Positions 9,507-19,249 of a DNA stretch of 64,000 nt are shown one piece after another. Below the pieces are notes generated by a model. The model worked only from the letters and a program-made list of their open reading frames with translations, did not search any database and had not been told where the DNA came from. This stretch comes from Anaeromyxobacteraceae bacterium (GTDB lineage: Bacteria; Myxococcota; Myxococcia; Myxococcales; Anaeromyxobacteraceae). Every line of letters starts with the position of its first letter. Position 1 is the first letter of the stretch. Made by a program: the position numbers and the translations under genes. The stretch covers positions 1,024,001 to 1,088,000 of the forward strand of contig JAULAX010000015.1 in the NCBI GenBank assembly GCA_032654565.1, read 5' to 3'.

Positions 9507-10199
9507 GTGCTCCTCCAGGTAAACGACCTCGAGGTGGCCTACGGCCGGGCCCGGGCCCTGCACGGCATCTCCATCGACGTGGCCGAGGGCGAGCGGGTCT
9601 TCATGGTGGGGCGCAACGGCGCCGGCAAGACCACCCTGCTCAAGACCGTGGCCGGCTTCCTCGCCCCCACCGCCGGCACCATCCGGTTCGCCGGCCGGGA
9701 GATCGCCGGCCAGCCCGCCGAGGAGGTGGCCCGCGGCGGGATCCGCTACGTCTTCCAGGACAAGCGGGTCTTCACCAAGCTGACGGTGCGGGAGAACATC
9801 GAGATCGCCGCCCACGCCGCCCGCATCAAGCTGGCCGAGGCCATCGAGCGGGTGGTGGAGATCTACCCGAAGATGACCCGCTTCCTCGACAGCCCGGCCG
9901 GCGGACTCTCCGGCGGGCAGCGCCAGCTGCTGCTGCTGGGGCGGGCCCTGCTGGGGCAGCCGCGGCTGCTGCTCATCGACGAGCCGACCGAGGGGCTGGC
10001 CGGCGGCGCCATCGACGAGGTCTTCCAGGTGCTGGAGAAGAGCAAGGGGAAGGTGGCCATGGTGATCGTCGAGCAGAACCTCTCGGTGGTGCGCCAGCTG
10101 GCGGACCGGGTCTACGCCATCAAGGAGGGGCGGGTCTGCTCGGAGTTCCGCGACGCGGCCGCCATCGCCGACCCGGCCGTGCTGGAGGGGGTGCTGTGA
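9507..10199 (+). CDS. ABC ATP-binding protein (LivF-like)
   Basis: GRNGAGKTT, LSGGQRQ, DEPTEGL, VEQN. Confidence 0.92.
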   Translation: MLLQVNDLEVAYGRARALHGISIDVAEGERVFMVGRNGAGKTTLLKTVAGFLAPTAGTIRFAGREIAGQPAEEVARGGIRYVFQDKRVFTKLTVRENIEIAAHAARIKLAEAIERVVEIYPKMTRFLDSPAGGLSGGQRQLLLLGRALLGQPRLLLIDEPTEGLAGGAIDEVFQVLEKSKGKVAMVIVEQNLSVVRQLADRVYAIKEGRVCSEFRDAAAIADPAVLEGVL

Positions 10200-11158
10200 C
10201 CTTCGCGCTCGGCGCCGCCGCGGCCGCCCGGCTGCGGCGCTTCGACCTGCCCATCCTGGCGGCGCTCTTCATGGGGCTGGCCTGGGCCATCTCCCTCCAG
10301 CGGGCCACCGACTTCATCATCTTCTGCATCTTCGTGCTGGCCTACGACCTGCTCTACGGCCACATGGGGCGGCTCTCCTTCGGCCACATGCTCTACCTGG
10401 GCACCGGGGCCTACGCCACCGCCCTCACCGCCGAGCACCTCAGCGCCAACCCCTTGGCGGCGCTGCTGGCGGCGCTGCTGGCCGGCGGCGCGGTGGGCTG
10501 GGTGCTCTCCTTCATCACCGTGCGCACCACCGGCGCCTGCTTCGCCCTCATCAACCTGGCGCTCAACCAGGTCGGACACTTCCTGGTGCTGGTGGCCTTC
10601 GCCCGCTGGACCGGCGGCGAGGACGGCATGTCGGTCACCTTCAGCAAGATCGGGCCGTTCGACGTCGGCCACAAGGCCACCATGTTCGGCCTGGCGCTGG
10701 CCTGCCTGGTGGCGGTGGTCTGGCTGCTGCGCCGGCTGACCGGCTCGCCCTTCGGGATCCTGCTGCGCAGCATCAAGCAGAACGAGAGCCGGGTCCGCTT
10801 CCTCGGCTACGACGTGGTGCGCGCCAAGACCCTGGCCTTCGTGCTCTCCACCGCCCTCTCGGCCTTCGCCGGCGGGCTGGCCATCCTCAACTACGCCTAC
10901 GTCACCCCCAGCTTCATCGACACCGGGCGCAACGTCGAGGTGATCTTCGCCGCCCTCATCGGCGGCGCCGGGAGCGTCTACGGCGCCATCGCCGGCGGCG
11001 TGGCCTACATGCTGATCTCCAACTTCCTCCCCAACTACGTGCAGCGCTGGGAGATGTTCCTCGGCTTCGCCCTGCTGGTGATGATCTTCAGGTTCCGGGC
11101 CGGGGTCTGGGGCTCGCTGGTGGCCCGCTTCGGGCCTCGCCGCGCGGAGGGCGCATGA
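10196..11158 (+). CDS. ABC permease (LivM-like)
   Basis: G.MGRLSFGH, TGGEDG, IGGAGSVYG. Confidence 0.9.
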   Translation: MTFALGAAAAARLRRFDLPILAALFMGLAWAISLQRATDFIIFCIFVLAYDLLYGHMGRLSFGHMLYLGTGAYATALTAEHLSANPLAALLAALLAGGAVGWVLSFITVRTTGACFALINLALNQVGHFLVLVAFARWTGGEDGMSVTFSKIGPFDVGHKATMFGLALACLVAVVWLLRRLTGSPFGILLRSIKQNESRVRFLGYDVVRAKTLAFVLSTALSAFAGGLAILNYAYVTPSFIDTGRNVEVIFAALIGGAGSVYGAIAGGVAYMLISNFLPNYVQRWEMFLGFALLVMIFRFRAGVWGSLVARFGPRRAEGA

Positions 11159-11988
11159 TCACCGTCGTCGCCTACGGCCTGACCGTCGGCGCCATCCTCT
11201 ACATCATCTCCATCGGTCTCTCGCTCACCTTCGGGACCATGCGGATCGTCAACTTCGCCCACGCCCTGGTCTACACGGTGGGCGCCTACGTGCTCTTCAC
11301 CATGCTGCGGGTCACCGGGGGGAACTTCGTGCTGGCCGCGCTGGTGGGGGTGGTGGCGGTCATCCCGCTCTCCTGGGCCATCGAGCGCTTCGTCATCCGC
11401 CGGCTCTACGGGCAGTCGATCGACTACGCCATCATCGCCACCTACGCGGTGCTGCTCATCGGCGTCGACGCCACCAAGTGGATCTGGGGCGCCACGCCGC
11501 TGCCGCTCTCTGATCCCATCGGCAGGTACGTGGCCATCGCCGGGGTCGACCTGCCGGTCTACCGCCTGGTGGTGATCGCCCTGGCGGTGCTGATCTTCGC
11601 CGGGCTGGAGCTCTTCTTCCACAAGACCGTGGTGGGGAAGATCGTGGTGGCCGGGCTGGAGGACAAGGACGCGGTGCGCAGCCTGGGCATCCGCGTCGAC
11701 AGCTACTTCTCGCTGGTCTTCATCCTGGGGAGCTGCCTGGCGGCGCTGGGCGGGATCCTCTACGCCCCCATCACCACCATCCACCCGTACATGGGCACCC
11801 ACGTGCTGCTGCTCTCCTTCGCGGTGGTGCTGGTGGGCGGCCTGGGCAGCATGCGCGGCACCCTGGTGGCCTCCTTCGCGCTGGGCATGGTGATGGCCGT
11901 GACCGGGCGGGTCTGGGGACCGGCCTCCGAGGCCATGGTCTTCGCGGTCATGGCGGTGGTGCTGGTCTTCAAGCCCATCGAGGTGTGA
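11155..11988 (+). CDS. ABC permease (LivH-like)
   Basis: GLSLTFGTMRIVNFAH, VGGLGS. Confidence 0.9.
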   Translation: MITVVAYGLTVGAILYIISIGLSLTFGTMRIVNFAHALVYTVGAYVLFTMLRVTGGNFVLAALVGVVAVIPLSWAIERFVIRRLYGQSIDYAIIATYAVLLIGVDATKWIWGATPLPLSDPIGRYVAIAGVDLPVYRLVVIALAVLIFAGLELFFHKTVVGKIVVAGLEDKDAVRSLGIRVDSYFSLVFILGSCLAALGGILYAPITTIHPYMGTHVLLLSFAVVLVGGLGSMRGTLVASFALGMVMAVTGRVWGPASEAMVFAVMAVVLVFKPIEV

Positions 11989-12030
11989 GCCGGCGCGCCG
12001 GCCACCCGTGGCCGGGCGGCGCCGCCTCGA

Positions 12031-12954
12031 CTACCCCGCCGCGAAGGTCCCGGTGGCGTGCGGCCGCTCCCCGGCCTCGTCGAGCACGGCGAAGCCGAAG
12101 CCGCGCCCCGCCGGCCATTCACGGAAGGTGACGCGGCAGGGGAGCAGCACCGGCAGCTTGAAGGCCACCTCGAGCACGGTGGGGCCCCCCGCCACCCGCG
12201 GCTGCAGCTCGGCGGCCACCCGGGCCATGGTCCACATGCCGTGGACGATGGCGCGCTTGAACCCGAAGAGGCGGGCGGTGGGGCCGCTCAGGTGGATGGG
12301 GTTGTAGTCGCCGGAGACCCGGGCGTAGCGGCGGCCCAGGTCGGCCCCCAGCGTCCAGGCGGCGCCGGCGGCGCCGGGCGGGGTCGCCGGGCCCGGCGCG
12401 GTCACCGGGCCGGGCGGGGTGGCCGGACCAGGCGGGGTGGCCGGACCGGCCGGCGGCCGGGGCGGGCGGACGCCGGAGCGCCGGGCCAGCAGCGTCGAGG
12501 TCTCGGTCCAGGCCACCTGGCCGCCGGCGCGGGCCTCGGTGCAGAGGTCGAACTCCTGCCCCCGCTCGGTCTCGCGGAGGCCGCCGACCCGGCAGCGCAG
12601 GTCGATGGGCTCGCGCTGGCCGAGGGCGCGCGCCGCCTCGATGCGGCTGCGCAGGTGGACCAGGCCGAGCAGCCGGAGCGGGAAGCCGGGGCCGGTGAGC
12701 AGCGCCAGGTGGAGCGCCCCGGCCAGCACGTGCGGGTAGGTGATGGGCAGCCGCTGGTCGGGCTCGAAGCCGCACAGCTCCCGGTAGGCGTCGAGGGTGG
12801 CCGGGTCGGGAAGCGCCGGCGCCAGGCGGGCCTCCAGCGCCGGGAGGGTGGCCCCGGCGGGCAGCAGCCGGGGGCGGCGCGAGACCAGCGCACGGGCCAG
12901 CGCCGGCCAGACCGCGGGCGAGCGCTCGAAGCTCAGCGAGGCGGGGGTGGGCAT
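12031..12954 (-). CDS. MaoC-family double hot-dog dehydratase
   Basis: YARVSGDYNPIH, IVHGMW, N-terminal LPITYPHVL; PATPPG linker repeats. Confidence 0.88.
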   Translation of the reverse strand: MPTPASLSFERSPAVWPALARALVSRRPRLLPAGATLPALEARLAPALPDPATLDAYRELCGFEPDQRLPITYPHVLAGALHLALLTGPGFPLRLLGLVHLRSRIEAARALGQREPIDLRCRVGGLRETERGQEFDLCTEARAGGQVAWTETSTLLARRSGVRPPRPPAGPATPPGPATPPGPVTAPGPATPPGAAGAAWTLGADLGRRYARVSGDYNPIHLSGPTARLFGFKRAIVHGMWTMARVAAELQPRVAGGPTVLEVAFKLPVLLPCRVTFREWPAGRGFGFAVLDEAGERPHATGTFAAG

Positions 12955-15900
12955 GGCTCCACCCCTACCACGTCGGACGCACGGAACCGCCGGTGGACCT
13001 CGAAGGCGAAGCCGTCGAGCGCCGCCTCGTCGAGGGGATCGCCGTTGAGGTTGAGGGTGAGCGAGAGCAGCCCCTCGCGCTCGGCCACGTGGTGGAGCTG
13101 CGCCTCGGCCAGCTTGTTGGGCATGCACTCCAGCGGCCCGACGCTGACCACCGCGTCGATCTGGCGCCGGCGCCAGGCCAGCACCGGCACCCCGATGGTG
13201 AGCAGCGTCTCCACCTCGACGTGGTGGTCGAGGTAGTCGCCGGCGGCGGCCACCGCCTCGTCGATGGGCGGCGGCGGCGGCAGGCCGAGCGGGCCGGCGG
13301 CGGCGGCGTGGCAGCGGTCGAGGATGCGGTCGCGCAGCCAGCGGTCGAGCCGGGCCAGCAGCCCCTTCTTCCAGCCGCGCTTCCAGGCCACCCAGTCGGT
13401 GTACTGGATGAACTCGGTGAGCGGCTCGAGGCGCACCCGCAGCCCGCGCCGCTCCAGGGCCAGCGCCACCTCGCCGTTGGCGAAGGGATCGCAGCGCACG
13501 TAGATCTCGCCGGCCAGCAGCACCACCGGCACCCGCCGCGCCGTCTTCACCGCCGCCAGCGCCCGCGCCGCCTCGCTCACCAGCCGGGGGATTCCCCAGA
13601 CCCGGCCGCCGCCGGCCTCGCGCAGCACCGCCGCGGCCGAGAGGTCGCCGCGGGTGGCCTCCTCGATCAGCGTCGAGAGGCGCGCCGCGGCCCCGGCGTG
13701 GATGGCCTCGGCGGCCCCGGGGCGGGTCTCGACCGGGCGGACGTCGTGGAGCGCCTCCTCCAGCGCCCCGTAGGCGCAGAAGCCGGCGTAGACGATGGCG
13801 GCGAAGCCGGGCGGCAGGCCGCGGAAGTAGTCGCCCAGCGGCGGCGACCAGATGGCCACCCGGTCCCGCCAGCCGAGCCGGTCGAGCACCAGCTGCTGCA
13901 GCTGGCGGTAGGCGCCAAAGCGGCAGGGGCCGTCGGAGCCGGGCATGAAGAAGGCGTAGCGCTCGCCGTCGGTGCCGGCCGTCTGCAGCCGCTCCAGCAG
14001 GCTGCCGAGCGTGACGGTGAGCGGCAGGCACTCCTTGCCGGAGGTCTGGCGCCGCCCCAGCCCCAGGGTCTCGCGGGTGGGGCGCGGCAGCACCTCGGCC
14101 GCCACCCCGAGCCCGCGCAGCCCGGCCACCAGCGCCTCGGCCTCCGGCCCCATGGGCGGCACCAGCACCCGCTCGCCGCGGGCGGTCAGGTCGCCGAGGG
14201 TGCGCCGGGCCACGTCGAGCCGGGCGGCGTCGTTGGGCACGCCGCCCCGGGCCGCGCGCAGGTCCTCGCGCACGCAGTGCAGGAAGGCCTCGACCCGGGT
14301 GCGGGTGCCGGCGTCGCCGGCGTGGCCGTCGGTCTCGATCACCGCGAACGGCTTCCCCTCCATGAGGAAGGCCAGCTGGTGGCCGGTGAAGCTGTCCGGG
14401 CCGCAGGCGTAGTTGGAGCAGAAGAGCCCGTAGAGCCCCGGGGTGCGGCGCACCAGCCAGGCGGCCCGCAGCATCCGCTGCGAGTGGCTCCAGAAGACGT
14501 CATCGAAGATGGGGGCGTCGGCCGGCACCGGCAGGCAGTCGAGCGGGATGCCGACCGCCCCCTGGGCCCGCAGGATGGCCGGCACGTTGGAGTTGAGCAC
14601 CTCGTCGTGGATGGTGTAGCTGCGCCCCAGCACCGCCACCGGCGTGACCGCGTGCTCCCGGCACCAGTCGAGGGCCCGCTGCCCCAGCGCCGGCAGCCGG
14701 GCGTCGAAGGCGGCCTGCGCGGTCCGGCCCTCCCGCAGCGCCGCCTGCAGCGTCGCCTCGTCGGTGACGCCGACCGACGCGGCCAGCCCCCGGCAGGAGC
14801 GCTCGAAGGGCTCGCTCTCCAGCCCTTCCGGCCCCATGTCGATGACCGGCGAGAGCAGCCGGCCCGAGGCCTCGGGGGGCAGGTCGAGCCGCAGCACGTC
14901 CGGCGCCCCCATGACGATGGGGCAGACCGAGGAGGCCCGCTCGCCGGCCACCCGCGGCAGGTGGCGCAGCAGCGGCACCAGCACCAGCTGGTGTTCGCCC
15001 CCGGCCAGCCCGGCCACCAGCCCGTGGTACTGCTGCATGGGGGCGCAGAAGGGGACGTTGGCCTCCTCGATGCCCCGCTTCAGCGCCGCCCGGTCGCCGC
15101 CCGGCGCCACCGCCACGTCGAGGCCGAGCCGGTGGAGGAAGGTGGCGAAGAAGGGGAGCAGCCCCTTCAGCTGGAACTCGTCGGCCAGCGCCACCACCCG
15201 CCGCCCGCCGCGGGCCGGCAGGCCGGCCACCACCTCGGCCACCAGCGCCTGCCGCTCGCGGAACGGGTCCGGCGCCAGGTCGGGGAGCTTCTGCAGCCGG
15301 GTCCCCTGGTCCCAGAGGGCGCAGCCGCCGCCCCAGGTGAAGCGCCTCGCCTCGCCCCCCACGTCGGTGGCCAGCCGGTCGATGCGGCAGTGGTTGCCGG
15401 CGCCGCCGCAGCCCTGCGTCGAGGCGCAGGTGAACTGGTCCTTGCGCGTCACCCGGGCGCCGAGGAAGGTGGACAGCGCGGCGGGGGCCCGGCCGGCCAG
15501 CGGCAGCTCGGCGGCGGCCAGCAGGGCGATGCCGATGGCCCCCTGCAGGCCGGGGCGCGGCGGCACGATCACCTCGGCGCCGGTCTGGCGGGCCACCGCG
15601 GCGGCCAGGGCGTCGGAGGCGAAGGGCATCCCCTGGCAGAAGATCACCGACCCCACCGAGCGGGTCCCCTTGACGCGGTTGAGGTAGTTGGCCACCACCG
15701 AGTCGTGCAGCCCGGCCAGGATGGGGCCGCGGGCCACGCCGCGGGCCACCGCCCCGTCGATCACCTCGGCCATGAAGACCGAGCAGTGCTGGCCGAGCGC
15801 CACCCCCTCCGGCGCCGCCAGCGCCTCCTCGCCCAGCTGGGCCACCGAGTCGATGCCGTGGAAGCGGCGCCCCTGCTCCTCGATGAAGGAGCCGGTGCCG

Positions 15901-17219
15901 GCCGAGCAGGCCTCGTTCATGGCGGCGTCCACCACCCGCCCGCCGTCGAGCCGGATGTACTTGGCGTCCTGGCCGCCGATCTCGAAGATGGTGTCGACGC
16001 GCGGATCGACGTGGCGGGCGCCGGCGGCGTGAGCGGCGATCTCGTTGAGGACGTGGACCGCCTCGCCGCAGTAGCAGGTGCTGAGCAGCGAGCCGACGAT
16101 CTCCCGCCCCGAGCCTGTGGCGCCGAAGCCGAGGACGCGGTGGGCCCCGGCCTCGCCCTGCAGCAGCAGCTTCACCAGCGCCTGCGCCGCGCCGACCGGA
16201 TCGCCGTCGGTGCGCAGGTAGCCGTCCCAGAGCAGCTGGCCGGTGGCGGCGTCGAGCAGCGCCGCCTTGGAGCCGGTGGAGCCGATGTCGAAGCCGAGGA
16301 CGGCGTCGCGGGCCCCGCTGAAGCGGGGCCGGGGCTGCTCGGGGAGGCGGCGGACCCGGGCCAGCGACCGGGCCAGGGAGGGCAGCAGCTCCAGGGGGGG
16401 CTCCGGCGCCGGCTGGAAGAGCTCGGCGATCGGCGGCGGGGGGCGCGGATCGGCGGCGGCCAGCGTCGCCGCCCCCAGCGCGTCGAGGTGGAGGCCGTCC
16501 TCGGCGCTCCAGCCGTCGAGGCGGAGGCCGTGGCGGCGGGCGAAGCGGTCGAAGTGATCGCGGACCCGGGCGGCCCGGGCCACCCCGCCGGCCAGCGCCA
16601 GCCGGGTGGGGCCGCGGCGCGGCTTCACCAGCACCTGGGCGCTCTCGGCGATGGCGTCGAGCAGCCCGGCCAGGATCCGCTCCCGCCCCTCGCCCTTGTT
16701 GGCCAGGTGGGTCATGTCGGTCTTGAGGATGACCGGGCAGCGGCCGCTGAGCGGGGCCGGATCGGCGACCCCGGCCGCCAGCGCCGCCGCCTCCTCCACC
16801 TCCAGCCCGAAGCGCTGCACCAGCTGGCGCAGGAAGTGGCCGGTCCCCTGGGCGCAGCGGGCGTTCTCGCGGAACAGCTCCACGCCGCCGCCGCGCCGCT
16901 CCAGCACCGAGCAGCCGTGGGCGCCGATGGAGACCACGGTGATGGGCACGTCGCCGACCAGGTAGCCGGCCCCCGCCGACTGCGCCTGCTTCTGCGGGAC
17001 CCGCGGCAGCGCCACCTGCGAGCCGAGCCGGCCGGTGACCGCCGCCCCGGCCACCCCCGCCCAGTCGAAGCCGGCCAGCAGCCCGGCCAGCGCCACCGTC
17101 GGCTGCCCGCGGTGCTCGGCCTCGGCGCGGCGGGTCCAGCGGAGCGCCGCGGGCTCCCCGGCCAGCTCCACCACCTTGATGGCCTCGGCGCCGACGTCGA
17201 TGCCGACGAAGCGCCTCAT
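12933..17219 (-). CDS. Fused double CoA-substrate activase (BadF/BadG/BcrA/BcrD) with 2-hydroxyacyl-CoA dehydratase-like domains, 1428 aa
   Basis: GIDVGA, RCAQGTG, GFDIGSTGSK, EIGGQDAK, NEACSAGTGSF, CGPDSF, GKECLP, CRFGAY, GPLECMPN; real start MRRFVGIDVG. Confidence 0.9.
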   Translation of the reverse strand: MRRFVGIDVGAEAIKVVELAGEPAALRWTRRAEAEHRGQPTVALAGLLAGFDWAGVAGAAVTGRLGSQVALPRVPQKQAQSAGAGYLVGDVPITVVSIGAHGCSVLERRGGGVELFRENARCAQGTGHFLRQLVQRFGLEVEEAAALAAGVADPAPLSGRCPVILKTDMTHLANKGEGRERILAGLLDAIAESAQVLVKPRRGPTRLALAGGVARAARVRDHFDRFARRHGLRLDGWSAEDGLHLDALGAATLAAADPRPPPPIAELFQPAPEPPLELLPSLARSLARVRRLPEQPRPRFSGARDAVLGFDIGSTGSKAALLDAATGQLLWDGYLRTDGDPVGAAQALVKLLLQGEAGAHRVLGFGATGSGREIVGSLLSTCYCGEAVHVLNEIAAHAAGARHVDPRVDTIFEIGGQDAKYIRLDGGRVVDAAMNEACSAGTGSFIEEQGRRFHGIDSVAQLGEEALAAPEGVALGQHCSVFMAEVIDGAVARGVARGPILAGLHDSVVANYLNRVKGTRSVGSVIFCQGMPFASDALAAAVARQTGAEVIVPPRPGLQGAIGIALLAAAELPLAGRAPAALSTFLGARVTRKDQFTCASTQGCGGAGNHCRIDRLATDVGGEARRFTWGGGCALWDQGTRLQKLPDLAPDPFRERQALVAEVVAGLPARGGRRVVALADEFQLKGLLPFFATFLHRLGLDVAVAPGGDRAALKRGIEEANVPFCAPMQQYHGLVAGLAGGEHQLVLVPLLRHLPRVAGERASSVCPIVMGAPDVLRLDLPPEASGRLLSPVIDMGPEGLESEPFERSCRGLAASVGVTDEATLQAALREGRTAQAAFDARLPALGQRALDWCREHAVTPVAVLGRSYTIHDEVLNSNVPAILRAQGAVGIPLDCLPVPADAPIFDDVFWSHSQRMLRAAWLVRRTPGLYGLFCSNYACGPDSFTGHQLAFLMEGKPFAVIETDGHAGDAGTRTRVEAFLHCVREDLRAARGGVPNDAARLDVARRTLGDLTARGERVLVPPMGPEAEALVAGLRGLGVAAEVLPRPTRETLGLGRRQTSGKECLPLTVTLGSLLERLQTAGTDGERYAFFMPGSDGPCRFGAYRQLQQLVLDRLGWRDRVAIWSPPLGDYFRGLPPGFAAIVYAGFCAYGALEEALHDVRPVETRPGAAEAIHAGAAARLSTLIEEATRGDLSAAAVLREAGGGRVWGIPRLVSEAARALAAVKTARRVPVVLLAGEIYVRCDPFANGEVALALERRGLRVRLEPLTEFIQYTDWVAWKRGWKKGLLARLDRWLRDRILDRCHAAAAGPLGLPPPPPIDEAVAAAGDYLDHHVEVETLLTIGVPVLAWRRRQIDAVVSVGPLECMPNKLAEAQLHHVAEREGLLSLTLNLNGDPLDEAALDGFAFEVHRRFRASDVVGVEPCPPPPR

Positions 17220-17992
17220 CCCCGTCGCGCCCAGAGCAGCACCCGCCGGAAGGTGAAGAGGAAGGGGCGCCGGTCGGGGAGCGCCGCGGCCAGCCGCTCC
17301 CGGTAGCGGTCCAGGAAGGCGGGCCAGAGGGTGGCCGGCAGCCGCCGCTGGTAGTCGGTGAGCAGCGTGCCGCGCACCCACTCGACGATCTCGTCGCGCG
17401 AGGCCAGCGGGTGGCCGTAGACCTCGAGCCGGACGCGCCGGGCCTGGAAGCCCAGCTCGAAGAGCGCCTCGGCGTAGCGCTCGGGCGGGAGCACCGGGCT
17501 CACCGACTGGAAGCCGCCCAGCGCCTCGGCGAAGGGGGGCTCGGCCGCGGTGGCCGCGGCCTCGGCGTGCGAGGGGTGGCGCTGGTTCATGGGGACCTGC
17601 ACCGCCAGCTGGCCGCCGGGGGCCACCAGGGCGGCCAGCCGGGGCAGGAGCGCGGCGTGGTCGGGGACCCAGTGGAGCGCGGCGTTGGAGAAGACCAGGT
17701 CGAAGGGCTCGCCGCGGTAGCTGCCGGCGTCGCCGGCCTCGAAGCGGAGCCCGCCGCGGGCCCGCGGCGCGGCCCGCTCCAGCATGGCCGGGGAGCTGTC
17801 GACGCCGACGGTCTCGCGGGCGGAGAGCCGGGCGTGCAGCTCGGCGGTGAGGGCGCCGTCTCCGCAGCCCAGGTCGAGCACCCGGGGCCGGTCGAGCGGC
17901 GTGAGCAGCGCCACCAGGTCGTCCCACGGCTGGCGCCGCTCGGCGGCGAAGCGGGCGTAGCAGTCCGGGTTCCAGGGGTCGGCGGGCGTCAT
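17216..17992 (-). CDS. tam: Trans-aconitate 2-methyltransferase-like SAM methyltransferase
   Basis: WNP..Y.RFA.ER, VLDLGCGDG, VDSSPAM, FSNAALHWVPDH. Confidence 0.85.
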   Translation of the reverse strand: MTPADPWNPDCYARFAAERRQPWDDLVALLTPLDRPRVLDLGCGDGALTAELHARLSARETVGVDSSPAMLERAAPRARGGLRFEAGDAGSYRGEPFDLVFSNAALHWVPDHAALLPRLAALVAPGGQLAVQVPMNQRHPSHAEAAATAAEPPFAEALGGFQSVSPVLPPERYAEALFELGFQARRVRLEVYGHPLASRDEIVEWVRGTLLTDYQRRLPATLWPAFLDRYRERLAAALPDRRPFLFTFRRVLLWARRG

Positions 17993-18131
17993 CGGGGGCT
18001 GCGGAGTGTAACGCTTTTGGGGCGGGGGGGAGGATCGGGGCGGAATGGACCCGGCCGCCCGTCGATTGACCTCGGGCCCCGGGAAGATGCAAATTGCCCG
18101 GTCCGATCCTCACCTCCCCCTTTGGAGCCAC

Positions 18132-19181
18132 ATGCGCATCCGCCCCCACGTCCTCGGCCTGCTCGCCACCGCGCTGGTCGCCTGCCAGTCCACCCGCCCG
18201 TCCCAGGCCTCGGACGCCGCCGCCGCGGCCGGCCTCAACGCCCCGGTCGCCAGGATCGGCGCCGAGGTGATCACCGCCGGCGACCTCGACAAGTCGATCC
18301 GCGGCGAGCTCAACGAGATGGAGCAGCGCACCTACGACCTGCGCAAGTCGGCGCTCGACAACCTCATCAACCAGAAGCTGGTGGAGTCGAAGGCCAAGGC
18401 CGCCGCCAAGCCGGTCGACGAGTTCCTGCGCGTCGAGCTGGCGCCCAAGGTCGGCGAGCCCACCGACGAGGAGGCGCGGGCCCTCTACGAGCGGGCCAAG
18501 GCGGCCGGCCAGGTGAAGGAGCCGTTCGACCAGGTCAAGGCCCAGATCGCCCAGTTCCTGCGCCGCCAGAAGAGCGAGGCGGTGCTGGCCCAGTACCTGG
18601 AGCAGATCCGCGCCGAGGCCAAGGTGGAGGTGCTGCTGCCGCCCTACCTGCCGACCAAGATCGAGGTCTCGGCCACCGGGCCGTCGAAGGGGCCGGACGC
18701 CGCGCCGGTCACCATCGTCGAGTTCTCCGACTACCAGTGCCCGTACTGCGTCAAGGCCGAGGCCACGGTCAAGGACCTGTTCGAGCTGGAGAAGTACAAG
18801 GGCAAGCTCAAGCTGGTCTACCGGGACTACCCGCTCCCCAGCCACAACCTGGCCCCCAAGGCGGGCGAGGCGGCCCACTGCGCCGGGGACCAGGGCAAGT
18901 ACTGGGAGATGCACGACCGGCTCTTCGCCGGGGCGCCCAAGCTGGAGGTCACCGACCTGAAGGCCTACGCCCGGGAGCTGAAGCTGGACGAGGGGCGCTT
19001 CACCAAGTGCCTCGACTCCGGTGAGAAGGCCAAGGTGGTGGCCGACCACTTCAAGGCCGGCAACGACGCCGGGGTGCGCGGCACGCCGGCCTTCTTCATC
19101 AACGGCCGGCTCATCTCCGGCGCCCAGAAGCTCGAGGCCTTCACCGCCCTCATCGACGCCGAGCTGGCCGCCAAGAAGTAA
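18132..19181 (+). CDS. DsbA/thioredoxin-domain lipoprotein with N-terminal SurA-like helical domain
   Basis: Lipobox LVAC; EFSDYQCPYC; GVRGTPAFFING. Confidence 0.9.
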   Translation: MRIRPHVLGLLATALVACQSTRPSQASDAAAAAGLNAPVARIGAEVITAGDLDKSIRGELNEMEQRTYDLRKSALDNLINQKLVESKAKAAAKPVDEFLRVELAPKVGEPTDEEARALYERAKAAGQVKEPFDQVKAQIAQFLRRQKSEAVLAQYLEQIRAEAKVEVLLPPYLPTKIEVSATGPSKGPDAAPVTIVEFSDYQCPYCVKAEATVKDLFELEKYKGKLKLVYRDYPLPSHNLAPKAGEAAHCAGDQGKYWEMHDRLFAGAPKLEVTDLKAYARELKLDEGRFTKCLDSGEKAKVVADHFKAGNDAGVRGTPAFFINGRLISGAQKLEAFTALIDAELAAKK

Positions 19182-19249
19182 CCGGGCGCAGGCAGGCTGG
19201 AACCCCGGCGGTCCGCCCGTTAGGATCCACGGGCCGCCGGGAGGTTCGC

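Noticed and set aside
17220..19049. N-terminal extension giving a 2038-aa ORF
   Set aside because: It is a shadow frame over tam and DsbA; the real activase starts at 17219
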